A stretch of 64,000 nucleotides of DNA from Longimicrobiales bacterium (GCA_965197725.1 CBDANQ010000059.1:106005-170004); one strand, 5' to 3'; shown: positions 42,384 to 53,972, counted from the first letter of the stretch. Numbers and translations: made by a program. The notes: generated from the sequence alone by a model not told the origin.

Positions 42384-43990
42384 CATGAATCCTAGCAGCG
42401 AGCCTCGCGGCGTCGATGCAGGCAACGGTTGGGCTTGGCTGCGGGATGCGTTCGGCTGACCTGCCCCCAAGAGCGGGTACCACATCCTATGTTAGTCCCA
42501 GCACCTGTGGAGGGCCGTGAAGGACGGGCATCCTCAAGAACCAGGGCGACGGCTTAATCGCCTCAGGGGCCGGGGGAAAGCCGCCGCAGGCGCTGTGGGG
42601 TCGGACGGTATTGTACTCGCGCCTCCATTGCTCGACCAGCACGGCCGCCTCCGCCAACGAGTAGAAGATCTCCCCGTTCAACAGCTCGTCCCTGAGCTTG
42701 CCGTTGAAGCTCTCGTTGTAGCCGTTCTCCCACGGGCTGCCCGGCTCGATAAAGAGCGTCTCGACGCCCACGCGCCCCAACCACCGCCGCACGAGCTTCG
42801 CGGTGAACTCCGCTCCGTTGTCCGACCTCAGATACTCGGGAGGCCCGTGTCGGACGAACAGATCGGCCAGCACCTCGAGCACGTCGTGCGAGCGGATCTT
42901 GCGAGCCACCACGATCGCCAGGCACTCCCTCGTGTGCTCGTCCAGCACTGTCAGCAGCTTCAGCGCACGCCCGTCGTGCGTCCTCGAGGCCACGAAAGTC
43001 GTACGACCAGACGTGCCCCGATACAGCGGCCTCAGCCGGATGCACGATCCGTCGTTGAGCCACAGCCGACCTCGCTTCGGCTGCCGCTGCGGGACCTTCA
43101 GCCCCTCCTGCCTCCAGATCCGCTCCACCCGCTTGTGGTGCACCCCCCAGCCCTCGATGCGGAGCATGTCCGTGACGCGTCGGTAGCCGTAGCGGCCGAA
43201 TCGACTCGCGAGTCGCACGATATCACCTCGGAGCGCCCCCTCGTCACTCGCCACTTTCCTCGCCCGGCGCTGGGTCGTGCGTGGCTGCCCGAGCACCCGG
43301 CACGCTCTCCTCTCCGACGCCCCGAGCTGCTGACGTACACGCACCACACAACGTCGTCGGCGCTCGGGGCTCAGAAGTTTCCCTCGGCTGCTTCCTCCAG
43401 GATCAGCTTGTCCAGTGTCAAGTCCGCCACTGCTCGCTTCAGGCGCCCGTTCTCGCGCTCGAGCTCCTTCAGGCGCCGTGCCTGGCTCACCTTCATCCCG
43501 CCGTACTCCCGCCTCCACCGGTAGTACGTCTGCTCGGTGATGCCGAGCTCCCGGCTGATCAGCTTCACGGATTTGCCGCGGGCCAGACCGACCTCTGCCT
43601 CCCGCAGTGCAGTGATGATCTGCTCCGGAGTGGGTCGCTTCCTTCCCATCCTGACCTCCTCGCTGAAAAGCTTCAGACCAGCTCGATCCTAACATTGCAC
43701 CTGGTCTCGTTTCAGGGGGTCAGGTCAGTCATGGGCCTCTCAGTGCCGCTCTCCATGGCCATCTGGTTTGCCCCGGCGCTCGTGGTCCTCCAGGATCGCA
43801 AACCCGTTGATGCCCTGAAGACCAGCTTCACAGCATGCCTCAAGAACGTCGTGCCGTTTCTGGTGTTCGGCATCGCATCGCTCTTGATCGCCATCTTGTG
43901 CACCATTCCGCTCGGTCTCGGGCTGCTGATTTTCATGCCTGCAATGTTCGCATCGCAATATACGAGCTTCGCTGATATTTTCGCGCTACG
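42384..43990 (+). pseudogene. BPSS1780-like membrane protein, disrupted by IS3 with the middle deleted
   Basis: MNPSSEPRGVDAGNGWAWLRDAFG before the IS; MAIWFAPALVV...ACLKN..PFLVFG...IPLGLGLL...ADIF after it. Confidence 0.7.
42457..43727 (-). mobile_element. IS3-family element, copy A3
   Basis: Near-identical to A2; compensating indels near 42995-43020; no TSD. Confidence 0.97.
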
Positions 43991-44241
43991 TGATCGAGCG
44001 TGAGCTAGGCGAAGGCGGCATGGCGACGGTCTACCTGGCCGACGACATCAAGCACGAGCGCAAAGTCGCGCTCAAGGTCCTGAAGCCGGAACTAGCAGCC
44101 GTCGTGGGTGCCGAGAGGTTCCTGGCCGAGATCAAGACCACGGCGAACCTGAGTCACCCCCACATTCTGCCGCTGCACGACTCGGGTGAGGCCGACGGCT
44201 TCCTGTTCTACGTGATGCCGCATGTAGAGGGAGAGAGCCTT
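43984..44241 (+). pseudogene. Ser/Thr protein kinase N-lobe fragment
   Basis: RYVIERELGEGGMATVYLA...VALKVLKPE...HPHILPLHDSG...VMPHVEGESL, then homology stops. Confidence 0.9.
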
Positions 44242-44399
44242 CTCTCATTCCGATCGTCGCGCCGCTTGCTATTACGGAAGAGTCGCGCACCTGAAGAGCA
44301 GCTTTCCGAAACGCCTTGAGTGATGTCAGCTCGTCGGCATTCAGGCCCATCGCGGGTGACCCCGGCTGGTGGCTCTTGGTCGGGTTTCAGTGAACACGC

Positions 44400-44583
44400 G
44401 ATCCACAAGTCCTCGCAGCTCCCCAGGCTCGATCACGGCGAAGACTGCGTTCCACTTCCGAGACCTAAGGGGATGCACCAGGCAACGTACCAGCGATTGT
44501 GGAGGGAGGAGCGGATGCTACGGGACCGCTCACTTCTGGTTTTCGCAGCTGACCACGGCTTGCTCCAAGACTTCCTGTTCTGA
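44400..44583 (+). pseudogene. Remnant of a prophage/island hypothetical (RPKGMHxxTY motif)
   Basis: PLPRPKGMHQATYQRL C-terminal motif. Confidence 0.5.
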
Positions 44584-44615
44584 AGCCAGGTTCCCACATA
44601 CGGTGAGCGGCCAAG

Positions 44616-44958
44616 TTGAACACGACGAGTGACTCTGGCGATCTGCCTTCACGTGAAGAAGCGATCGAGATCCTCCAGGGGGGCTTCGGGCGAGAGATCA
44701 ACAAGGTCGCCGCGCAATACGTGGCGCCGATATTCGGGGGACACCCAACCTCGACGGACGACGATAGCGTCCTGGGCAACGGGTCTGTCTTCTTCCTCCA
44801 GTGCGGTGGGCCCGTGCTAGGTGTGACCTGTGATCATGTGATCGAGGGCTGGCTGCGTGCCAAAGAGGCGCGTCCCGACATCGCGTGTCAGGTCCTCGAC
44901 CTGGTTATGGACCCCACCTCGCGGGTCATCGCCAGAGACGCAAGTCGGGACCTGTCGC
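44616..44958 (+). pseudogene. Trypsin-like serine protease N-terminal fragment
   Basis: NGSVFF...GVTCDHVI (catalytic His) ... RDL (Asp); breaks at a G14 run. Confidence 0.55.
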
Positions 44959-45019
44959 GGGGGGGGGGGGGGCGTGCAGGTCTTCAGGAAGGGTACGGGT
45001 GAGCTAACCTCAGTCTCGT

Positions 45020-45083
45020 AGAGGCCAACCTAACCCGCAGAAGACTCACGACTTCACGCTAGACTGAGTTTTGGAACAAAACG
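45020..45083 (-). mobile_element. Solo terminal fragment related to the element at 10981-11638
   Basis: AGAGGCCAACCTAACCC...CTGAGTTTTGGAACAAAACG aligns with 11575-11638. Confidence 0.7.
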
Positions 45084-45126
45084 GGCGAGGGCGCTTTGCC
45101 GACCGCGCGGGTTCGCCATACTTCGC

Positions 45127-45648
45127 TCAGCGTATCGCTTCGGGAACTCGGCGAAGGATAGCCCCCAACCCCCACGCCAACGCCGCACCGACGGCAAAGT
45201 CCACAATGCCCCGCCACGGATCCGGCAGGGTTCTCACGATCAGGACCGCGCCGAGGATCGCCGTCGTGAGGAGCCACCCACGGATGAGATCGTCCCTGCC
45301 AGCCCCCACCAGAGACAGGCCGTACAGCGGAGCCAATAATCGCACGAAAAGCCTCGGGTCGTCCCGCAGGAGCAGCGCCCGTTCGACCAGCCTGGGGACC
45401 CAGCGCCGATCCAGCGCCCGGAACCCCTCACCGTACACGAAGGCGACTGTAAGCAGCACCAGCACCGACCACTCTCCCCACCCGAGCCCTGCCTGGATCG
45501 TCGCGAATCCTCGTGTACCGAGCCGGTAGATCGCCAATGCAAACAGGGCCGCGACACCGATGAGCGTCCACGCGGACACCACGGCTCGAAGTCGACGGTC
45601 GATCATCGTGCTTGTCCACCCCGGAGATCGGTCCCTGCCATCAGCCAC
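45127..45648 (-). CDS. Hypothetical membrane protein (about 4 TM)
   Basis: YGEGFRAL..RW.PR...LLAPLY...LPDPWRGIVD.AV; start uncertain. Confidence 0.75.
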   Translation of the reverse strand: MADGRDRSPGWTSTMIDRRLRAVVSAWTLIGVAALFALAIYRLGTRGFATIQAGLGWGEWSVLVLLTVAFVYGEGFRALDRRWVPRLVERALLLRDDPRLFVRLLAPLYGLSLVGAGRDDLIRGWLLTTAILGAVLIVRTLPDPWRGIVDFAVGAALAWGLGAILRRVPEAIR

Positions 45649-45983
45649 TCTCGCATGGCGCGGGCTCCCACCACGCCTGTATCCCGAACCCCAGCAGGAT
45701 AGACCCGACGATCACCATGCCGGCCTCGCCTAGTTCACGCTCGATGCGGTAGCAGCCCTCTAGGGCGGCGTTTAGGCGGGTGATGGGGTCGGAAGTGTTC
45801 ACGCGCTCAAGATGCGGCGCAGGTCACCAAACCGCGAGCAGATTCCGCTACAGCAACACCAACGGCGCCGCCCTGGCCCGCCCGTGCCAGGCTTACCGCC
45901 GCCGATCCGTGTTAGAGCCCCATCTCGCAGGGGTCATCGGCGAGCTCCACCTTGCCACCCTCCCTGCGAACAGTACGCCATCG

Positions 45984-46291
45984 CTACGCGTGAGGGTCGA
46001 GGAACTCCCTGGCCAATCCAGGATCGATCTCGAGTCCGTCACAAAGCCGCTCAAGCAACAGACCTTCCTCAGGGCTGATTCCATCGGACTGGGCAAGGCC
46101 CACGGCCGCCCGGAAAGGCTCTGCCCTGAGCTCCCGAGGAATTGCTTCGCATATGAGTCCCAGGAGGTCGGAAACTCCTTCGTCCGTCATACGGCTCCCG
46201 TCGTGCGGGAACGAAGACCACACCCATTCGATCGCGTCCGCCATCAGCTCCGCCACCCGCGTCTCATCTAGTTCATCGAACATGGGCAGGG
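45984..46291 (-). pseudogene. TerB-like protein, 5'-truncated by IS256
   Basis: RAEPFRAAVGLAQSDGISPEEGLLLERLCDGLEI motif. Confidence 0.6.
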
Positions 46292-46664
46292 GAAGCTGAC
46301 CCAGCCGTAGTTGAAGGTCCCTGAAGAGGGAAAAGAAAAGTGGTGGCTCCGAGGGTGCCCGATCCGATAGGATCGGGTGCGCTAAAAACCCAAAAACGGA
46401 GCCACCACGATGAAGAGAACGTACGAAGTAGCGAGTGACACGGACAGGCGTGCGATGGCTGAGTTCGTGAAGCGAGAAGGCCAGTTCCTGCTGCCGATGG
46501 TCGAGCTCGTAGAGCACACGGAGCTCGCGATCGACGAAGTCGTCCAGGTGATGGGCCGAGCGACGATCGAGGCGGTACTCGAGATGAGCGCCGAAGGTGT
46601 GGCGGGCCCGAAGCAATCGGGCAAGGCACGCGAGGAGGGGGCGACGGTCTGGTACGGCCGCCAG
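46292..46664 (+). mobile_element. Truncated IS256 (left end plus about 85 codons)
   Basis: Identical to the reverse complement of 17385-17757. Confidence 0.95.
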
Positions 46665-46940
46665 CGTCTTGACATCACCTCACGGTGGTGCGCTGAAGGT
46701 CAACGGAGAACTGGTGCCGGGAACCAACCTTGTGCCCGCATATAACCCGAAGATCGGGGCCACTCCGGTGCCTCGTCGCACGTTCTCGCACTACGTCTCG
46801 CGACTCATCGCATCGGGTTTCTTCGTCATGCCTACCACCTGACCGTCGCTGCTCCCTTGTTCTACGGGCTGGGTCTGGAGGGGATGTTCGGCCCGGGTCA
46901 CGAGCCCCCGCTCCCGCACGCCGCGAGAGGAGGCCCTTTA

Positions 46941-46985
<45 letters not shown>

Positions 46986-47169
46986 ACAACATCTATCGGC
47001 TGCGGTGTGCTGTTAGCGGCCTTCCAATATTGCACACATGTGGCCATCGAAAATTGCACACTTGGCGCTTTGACCTAGCGGGCGGGAGAGTGGGGATGTA
47101 GGCACCACCCCGAGCGATCTTCCGGCCGATCCACTCACTTGGCGCCTCCACCGAGAACGTGGAGGTGCA

Positions 47170-48198
47170 ATGATCGGAAGGGAGAAGCGCGTGCTGCTCC
47201 GTCATTACCTCGAGCAGGGGATGAACAAGGCGGTGATCGCCCGGGATCTGGGGGTCAGTCGCCGTACCGTGTACCACTGGATAGAGACCGGTCAACTGGA
47301 CCGGGAGTTGGACGAAGAGCGTGTCGGGTACGGTCCGAGATGTCTGATGCCGTCGAAGCTGGATCCGTACAAGCCGTTGATCGACACGCGTCTCAAGGAG
47401 TACCCGAAGCTCACGGCTGTACGGCTCTTCAAGGAGGTCCGGGCCGCTGGCTACCCGGGCAGTTACAACCAAGTGAAGCGCTATGTACGCAAGGTCCGGC
47501 CTCGACCCCCAGAGGAGCCGGTCGTGCGCTTCGAGACGGCGCCTGGGCGTCAGGGCCAGGTGGACTTCGCCCACTTCCGGCTACCGTGGGGCAAGCGTTA
47601 CGCACTAATCGTCGTGCTGGGCTACTCGAGGCTGCTGTGGGTTCAGTTCTACACCCGGCAGACCATGAAGGCCCTGATGCATGGCCTGGAGTCTTCGTTT
47701 TCCTACTTCGGCGGCGTGCCCTCAGAGCTTCTGTTCGACCAAATGAAGGCGGTCGTCATCGAGGACGGTCGATACGACGATGGTGCCCTCGTCGAGAACC
47801 CGGAGTTCATGCGCTACGCCTACCACTGGAACTTCAGGATCCGAGCGTGCCGACCCTATCGGGCTCAGACCAAGGGCAAGGTGGAGCGGCCGATCCGCTA
47901 CCTCAGGGAGAGCTTCTTCTACGGGCGCACCTTCACGTCGGACGACGATCTCAACGCGCAGGCCCTTCATTGGCTTGAGACGGAAGCCAATGTGCGCAGC
48001 CACGGAACGCTGAAGGAGCGGCCCCTCGATCGCTTCGAGCGTGAACGACTGCTCCTCGAGCCCTTGGCGACTCGCCCGTATCACCCCCTCGTCCTGCCTC
48101 CGGATCGCTCCTCACCCGGCACGACGTCCTTGCCGGCCATCCACGTCGAGCGACGTCCCCTCACGGCCTATGCCCAGATCGCGGGAGGGGACCGATGA
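47170..48198 (+). CDS. istA: IS21 transposase
   Basis: RFETAPGRQGQVDF, FDQMK, TKGKVER. Confidence 0.97.
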   Translation: MIGREKRVLLRHYLEQGMNKAVIARDLGVSRRTVYHWIETGQLDRELDEERVGYGPRCLMPSKLDPYKPLIDTRLKEYPKLTAVRLFKEVRAAGYPGSYNQVKRYVRKVRPRPPEEPVVRFETAPGRQGQVDFAHFRLPWGKRYALIVVLGYSRLLWVQFYTRQTMKALMHGLESSFSYFGGVPSELLFDQMKAVVIEDGRYDDGALVENPEFMRYAYHWNFRIRACRPYRAQTKGKVERPIRYLRESFFYGRTFTSDDDLNAQALHWLETEANVRSHGTLKERPLDRFERERLLLEPLATRPYHPLVLPPDRSSPGTTSLPAIHVERRPLTAYAQIAGGDR

Positions 48199-49037
48199 AG
48201 GCTGCCGCTCGCTCTCGCCGTGACCGGATCCGAGCCCAGCTCGCCGATCTCAAGATGCCCGGTGCGCTGGAGGCCATCGACGACGTCCTCACCGGGGTCG
48301 ATGGCGGAGGCGTGACGGCCTCGGAGGCCATCGAGCAACTCCTCGGTGCCCAGATCACGCTGCGCAACAACCGCCGCCTTCAGGCTGCGATGCGCTCGAG
48401 CCGGCTACCGGGCATCAAGACCCTCGACGACTTCGACTTCAGCTTCCAGCCCTCGATCAAGCGCGAGCAGATCGACTCGCTCCACGAGCTCGGCTTCTTG
48501 GAGCGTAAGGAGAACGTGATCTTCCTCGGCCCTCCGGGCGTCGGCAAGACGCATCTCGCGATCAGCCTCGCCATTGCCGCGGCTCAGAGCGGGCGCAGAG
48601 TCTACTACGGCGCTCTGGCCGACCTCATCACCTCGCTCGAAGAAGCCAAGACCACCGGCCAGCTGGGACGCCGCCTCAAGATCCTCACCTATCCTTCGCT
48701 CCTGGTCATCGACGAGATCGGCTACCTGCCGGTCAGCCAGACCGGCGCAATGCTCTTCTTCCAACTCATCAACCGGCGCTATGAGCGCGCATCCACTGTG
48801 CTGACCTCCAATAAAGGCTTCGAGGAGTGGGGCCAGATCTTGGGCGACGAGGTCATGGCCGCTGCGCTCATCGATCGCCTGCTGCATCACTGCCATATCG
48901 TCAACATCCGCGGCAGCAGCTACCGGATGCGCAAGCACACCGACCTCTCCAAGATCCTCCACTCGCCTCCTGCGGAGTCGAGCCCTTCACCCCCGAAGAG
49001 AAAGAGAGCAAGAGCAAAGGAGAAAACGACGAACTAG
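48195..49037 (+). CDS. istB: IS21 helper ATPase
   Basis: GPPGVGKT, LLVIDEIGY, LIDRLLHH, GSSYRM. Confidence 0.97.
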   Translation: MKAAARSRRDRIRAQLADLKMPGALEAIDDVLTGVDGGGVTASEAIEQLLGAQITLRNNRRLQAAMRSSRLPGIKTLDDFDFSFQPSIKREQIDSLHELGFLERKENVIFLGPPGVGKTHLAISLAIAAAQSGRRVYYGALADLITSLEEAKTTGQLGRRLKILTYPSLLVIDEIGYLPVSQTGAMLFFQLINRRYERASTVLTSNKGFEEWGQILGDEVMAAALIDRLLHHCHIVNIRGSSYRMRKHTDLSKILHSPPAESSPSPPKRKRARAKEKTTN

Positions 49038-50532
49038 CAGACCGTGGATAAAGTCCGGTCATCGCTGTTGTGTTAAATCAGGAGGACACGAGGGTTTTTG
49101 CAGCGAGGACGGCGATGGCGGTAGGCAAGCGGCCCGAGGCTCGGCAGGGCGAGATGTTCGTGGTGGCGAGCGAGATTCGGGCCTTGGACAACCCGTTCTA
49201 CTGGGCCTTGAACGAGCTTCTGGCGAAAAGCGGGTTTGACGAGTTCGCGGAAGAGGCATGCCGTGAGTTCTACGCGGACAATCGGGGTCGGCCGGGGATT
49301 GCTCCCGGGGTGTATTTCCGAATGATGATGGTGGGCTACCTCGAAGGGATCGGCTCGGAGCGGGGCATTGCCTGGCGGTGTGGGGACTCGTTGTCGTTGC
49401 GTGAGTTTCTGGGATACGGGTGGGCGAAGAACCCGCCGGAGCATTCGACCCTGTCGAAGACGCGCAAGCGCCTGAGCGTGGAAGCGCACGCGGCGGTGTT
49501 CGGGCGGGTGCTGGAGCTGCTGAAGGGGTCGGGGTTGCTGAGCGGCAAGACGCTGGGCGTCGACTCGACGACGCTGGAGGCGAATGCGGCGATGCGCACG
49601 ATCGTGCGGCGCGACGACGGGTTGGGCTACGATGAATGGCTGGAGCAGGTGGCCCGGGCGTCGGGGATCGAGACGCCGACGCGCAAGGATCTGACGACGC
49701 TGGACCGGAAGCGTCCGAAGAAGGGCTCGAACAAGGACTGGGTGCATCCGCACGACCCGGAGGCGCGGATCACGAAGATGAAGGACGGCAGGACGCGCCT
49801 GGCGCACAAGTTGGAGCAGGCGGTCGACATGGAGACCGGTGCGCTTGTGGCGGTGACGGTGCAGACGATGGACGGGGGAGATGTGGCGTCGCTGCCCAAC
49901 ACGCTGGACGAGGCAGAGCGGCAGCTGGAAGTAGTGCAGGTAGAGCCCGAGGAAGTGGTGGCCGACAAAGGCTACCACTCGAACAAGACCATGACGGGCG
50001 TGAAGGAGCGGGAGCTGCGCAGCTATGTGAGCGAGCCCAACCGCGGGCGCCGGAAATGGAAGAACAACCGGGACGCGCAGACGCCGACCTACGACAACCG
50101 CCGCCGGATCCGCGGCAACCGGGGGATGCGGCTGCTGCGCCAGCGCGGCGAGAAGGTGGAGCGGGGGTTTGCGCACTTGCTTGTGACCGGAGGGCTGCGT
50201 CGCGTCCACATACGGGGCCAGGAGGAGATTCGAAAACGGATGTTGATCCACGCGGCGGCCTTCAACCTCGGCCTTCTCATGCGCAAGCGGTTCGGGGTTG
50301 GAACCCCCCGTGCGTTACAGGGCCTCGCTACCGTACAAGCTGCGCTCGCAACTCAGGTTACAACCCGCGTCTCGCGCTTTTTCCGCCGTATTCGGCGCTA
50401 TTTCGCCTTCCTTGGGCCGAATATCGCCTCGTCAGACCCCAAAACCCGCTTCTTGCACAACAACACAGCCCCCGCGTGTCTGCCTTCTCTCCCACCCATC
50501 ATCCGCTGGGAACCTATTTCTTCCACGGACTG
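49038..50532 (+). mobile_element. IS1182/IS5-like element, copy B3, inserted at the istB stop codon
   Basis: CTAG at 49034-49037 and 50533-50536; near-identical to B1. Confidence 0.96.
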
Positions 50533-50994
50533 CTAGAGGCTCGTCACCTCCGCCAAGTGTGCAATTTTCGATGGCCAGACCTGTGCAGCTTTCGATGGCC
50601 GTTGACAGTGTGCAATGTTTTGTGCAAGAATGCCTTGTTCATGCCTGCTTCTCCCTCAACTCACCGCCGCTTAGAACGACAGATAAGATAGTCTCGGCAT
50701 CTGTCCGTTGGTAGGCGCGTTTGAGGCTCATAGGGTCCTTCCAGCCACCTGCTGCAGAAGTGACACCTGGACCCGCCCGGCTGAGACTGAGGGGTAGCGT
50801 CTGGGCGGTATCCAGGATGTTGAAGTGGATGCGACAGGAGGCTGCGCTGCGGGATGCGGATAGGCAATGAGGGGGCTATGCGGTTCTCTACAGCCCTGAC
50901 CAGGTTGCATAGGTCACGCGGGCATGAACATATTCTCCCGCCTCACCGACGGCCATCGGCTATCTCATTTCACCCGACCTCAGGAGAACCGGCC

Positions 50995-51426
50995 ATGCGG
51001 CGACGAGGCGGACTCACGCTAGCTCTCACCGCGTTCCTCATGACGGGATGCTTTCACCAGGTCGTCCATACGGGAGCGACACCGGCACCGGGGAACGCTG
51101 TGGTACAGAAAACCGCCGACCTCTAATTCTTCGGACTGGTCGGTGCGGAGGTCAACACCACCGCGGATTGCCCGAGCGGTGTGGCGATCATCGAGACCCA
51201 ACAGACCTTCCTAGACGGACTGGTCGGTGTGGTTACGCTGGGCATCTACACCCCGCAAACGGTCACAATCACGTGCGCCGCGGGAGGAGAGGACTCGGTG
51301 CCGGACGCACCGGTCGTCACCATCGCCACCGACGCGAGCACCGAGGAAGCGGAGACGGCCGCCCGGAGAGCTTTCGAGCTTGCGAGGCGCAGCCATGAGC
51401 CGGTGATTCTTCGCTATCTGAACTGA
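50995..51426 (+). pseudogene. Bor/Iss-family lipoprotein with an in-frame TAA at 51124-51126
   Basis: Lipobox MTGC; FFGLV, CPSGVA.IETQQTFLDGLV..VTLGIYTP..VTITC continue in the same frame after the stop. Confidence 0.75.
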
Positions 51427-51467
51427 ACGTGAGTCCTAATTTTCCAAGCTGTTTTCGGAGGGTAAGA

Positions 51468-51883
51468 ATGCGCCGTAGAATGCGGGCGATCTGCGCCGCC
51501 GTAGTCGTGATGTCCGGGTGCTACCACGTCACCGTCTTTGCCGGCGCGCCGGAATCATCGACACGGTTTAACGAGGCGTTTCAGATGTCTTTCGTCTCTG
51601 GCCTTGTTCCCCCTCCCGAAATCCAGGCCGACCAGGAGGGGTGCACCGATGGCGTCGCGAAGGTTGAGACGTGGCGCAGCTTCGTGAACATATTGGTCGG
51701 CGCCCTCAGCTCCTCACTCGTTACGCCCATTTCTGTGACCGTGACGTGCGCCGCGAGCATGCCGGTCCCCGACGCCGCGACCCCGACCGAGGATGGTGAG
51801 CCATCGCCTCCCGAGCCCGAGTCGGGTGCGACCGAGGACCAAGCGACGGTCCAGGATGCCAGGGGGGGGCGACCGAAGGCTAG
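51468..51883 (+). CDS. Second Bor-like lipoprotein with an acidic Pro-rich tail (3' end uncertain, G-run)
   Basis: MSGCYH, FVSGLVPP, CTDGVAKVET..SFVN.LV...TPISVTVTC. Confidence 0.7.
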
Positions 51884-51960
51884 TCGGTCCCCCGCGGTGT
51901 CGCACGCAACGCGTCGATTGAACTTCGCGCAGCTGCTGGCCGGGGGCTACGCTCGCTCGG

Positions 51961-52383
51961 CTAGTTGTCCTTGGCGCCCTCCGCGATCCACGTGCGGATC
52001 ACCTCGATGTCCTCGGGGGACAGCGGACCACCTTCCTCCGGCATGTCGCCATCCTGGATGAGCGTGATCATCATGCTGTCGTCCGGGTTGCCGGGCTCGA
52101 CAACGCTGCCGTACTCGGAACCGGCCATGACGGTCTCGTAGCTCGTCAGATTGAGACCGGCCTCAAGAATCACGTCGCCGTCGTCCGGCGGGCCCCCGTG
52201 GCACTTGATGCAGTTCGCGTTGAGGATCGGAGCCACCTCATCAGCGAAGCTCACGTCCAGGACCCGAGCGGTCACGTGGTCGGGGGCCACGGGCTCCGCC
52301 GTGCCGAGTCCGCCTTGCAGCGTGAGTCCCATCCCCAGCGGGAATGCGATGACCGAGAGAAAGCCGTAACGCGTGATGAGCAC
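51961..52383 (-). CDS. Small c-type cytochrome (planctomycete cytochrome C-like domain)
   Basis: Signal/TM, VSFADEVAPIL..NCIKCHG, L.L.SY, V.PG.P..S, MP, IRTWIAEGA. Confidence 0.88.
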   Translation of the reverse strand: MLITRYGFLSVIAFPLGMGLTLQGGLGTAEPVAPDHVTARVLDVSFADEVAPILNANCIKCHGGPPDDGDVILEAGLNLTSYETVMAGSEYGSVVEPGNPDDSMMITLIQDGDMPEEGGPLSPEDIEVIRTWIAEGAKDN

Positions 52384-52540
52384 CGTCGTTTCCTTTTCGC
52401 TGTGCGGGAGGGTCCGCGCCGTTTTCGGAATTGCTCCTTCCCGGGGCGGTGGCCCGGGTGGATGGAGACCCATCAAAAATCGCAGCACCACTCCATTCTG
52501 TCGAGAGGCAGGCAGCCCGTACTGGACCACCGCTGAACCC

Positions 52541-53630
52541 TCAGGCCTTCGACTTCGGCTGCACGTCGTGGAATCGAATGTCTTCAGCCTGGCTCTCACT
52601 GCGCTGCAGCGCCCACTTGTTGTCGAACAGGATCATAGGAAGGCCATCCACGTCCGCGACCAATCGACGGCCGTGCATCGAGCCGAGCCGTTTCATCTGC
52701 GACTCGTCGCCCGTCACCCAGCGTGCGCAGTGGAAGGGCAGGGTCTCGAGGCGAATCGAGACGCCGTACTCCCTCTCGAGACGATCGACGAGTACGTCGA
52801 ACTGGAGGCGACCAACCGCCCCCAACGATGGGTACCGGGCCAGTCAGTGAAGGCGCGAAGAGAAGCAGGATCGTGCCTTCCTCGGCCAGGTGGCTCAGCC
52901 CTTGGTCGAGCTGCTTGCGCCGCAGCACTTTGTCGAGCCGCACCTGCGCGAAGTGCTCAGGCGAGAAACGTGGGGACGCCTGGATACTCGAAGCTGCCCG
53001 CAACCGCCACGGTGTCGCCCACTCGCAGGCTGCCACGATCGTGCAGACCCACGACGTCGCCGGCGACCACGTCCTACACGCCGATTAGCCGCCCGTCCTT
53101 TCGAACCGGCCAGGTCGCGGCGAACGCTCGGATGCCCAACTCCGTGTGCACGTCGTCGATGATGCCGAGGCGGGTCCTCACCGACTCGGTCGCACTTGTT
53201 CACGAGGGTGAAGATCGGGAGTTGGCGGCGTTGGCAGACATTGAACAGCTTGCGCGTTTGGCTCTCCACGCCCTTCCGGTTGTCGATAAGCATGATTGCG
53301 CTGTCGGCGGCGGTCAGCGCCCGGTACTTGTCCTTCGAGAAAGTCTTGGTGGCCGGGCGTGTCGAGCAGATTGATGCGGAAGCCCGCATAGTCGAAGTGC
53401 AGCACGCTCGCGGTGATCGAGATGCCGCGTTCCTGCTCCATGTCCAGCCAGTCCGACGTCGCGTGACGCAGGGCGCGCCGCGCCTTCACCAACCCCGCCA
53501 GATGGATCGCGCCACTGAAGAGTAGCAGCTTCTCGGTTAGGGTCGTCTTCCCCGCATCGGGATGGCTGATGATGGCGAAAGTGCGTCGCCTGCCGATCTC
53601 TTGCTCGAGGGATGCCGTCGTGCTCATCAA
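52541..53630 (-). pseudogene. prfC: Peptide chain release factor 3, frameshifted and internally deleted
   Basis: [50 protein letters not shown] spread over several frames; only ~1.1 kb, with the middle region missing. Confidence 0.9.
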
Positions 53631-53714
53631 GTCGTTTTGGTCGGTTTGAAGCGTGTCGCGGACGGCCAGGACGTTAACGGCGCGCCCACATCGCGAGAAG
53701 CAACACCCGTCCGG

Positions 53715-53972
53715 CTACGACCTCCGGCGCAGGACGGTCACCCGCGTCTCCCCCTCGAAGTCGTACGACGAAGTCGACGTAGCGCGCGCCGCGCGACAGC
53801 GCTTCCAGGCCGATCGCCCCACAGCCCGCGAACAGATCCAAGACTCGTGCTCCTGTGAGATCTGCCTCGACGAGATCGAGCCACCGGTCACGAACACCCT
53901 CCGACGTGGGGCGCACGTTTCTGCCGGGGAGGTCAAATGGCGGCCCGCGAACTTCCCGCTGACGATTCGCAT
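53715..53972 (-). pseudogene. rsmD: 16S rRNA m2G966 methyltransferase remnant
   Basis: [34 protein letters not shown]; frameshift; DPPY region absent. Confidence 0.8.

Larger units (their letters stand above)
47011..50607 (+). mobile_element. IS21-family element carrying a nested IS
   Basis: TGT...ACA ends with internal TGGCCATCGAAAATTGCACA-type repeats; 6-bp TSD GTGTGC. Confidence 0.96.

Noticed and set aside
44959..44972. Poly-G phase-variation tract
   Set aside because: No protease continuation follows in any frame; the run marks a junction with an IS end.
51124..51126. Recoded stop (Sec/Pyl) in the Bor-like gene
   Set aside because: The codon is TAA, at a position where an aromatic residue is expected; a nonsense mutation or base error is more likely.
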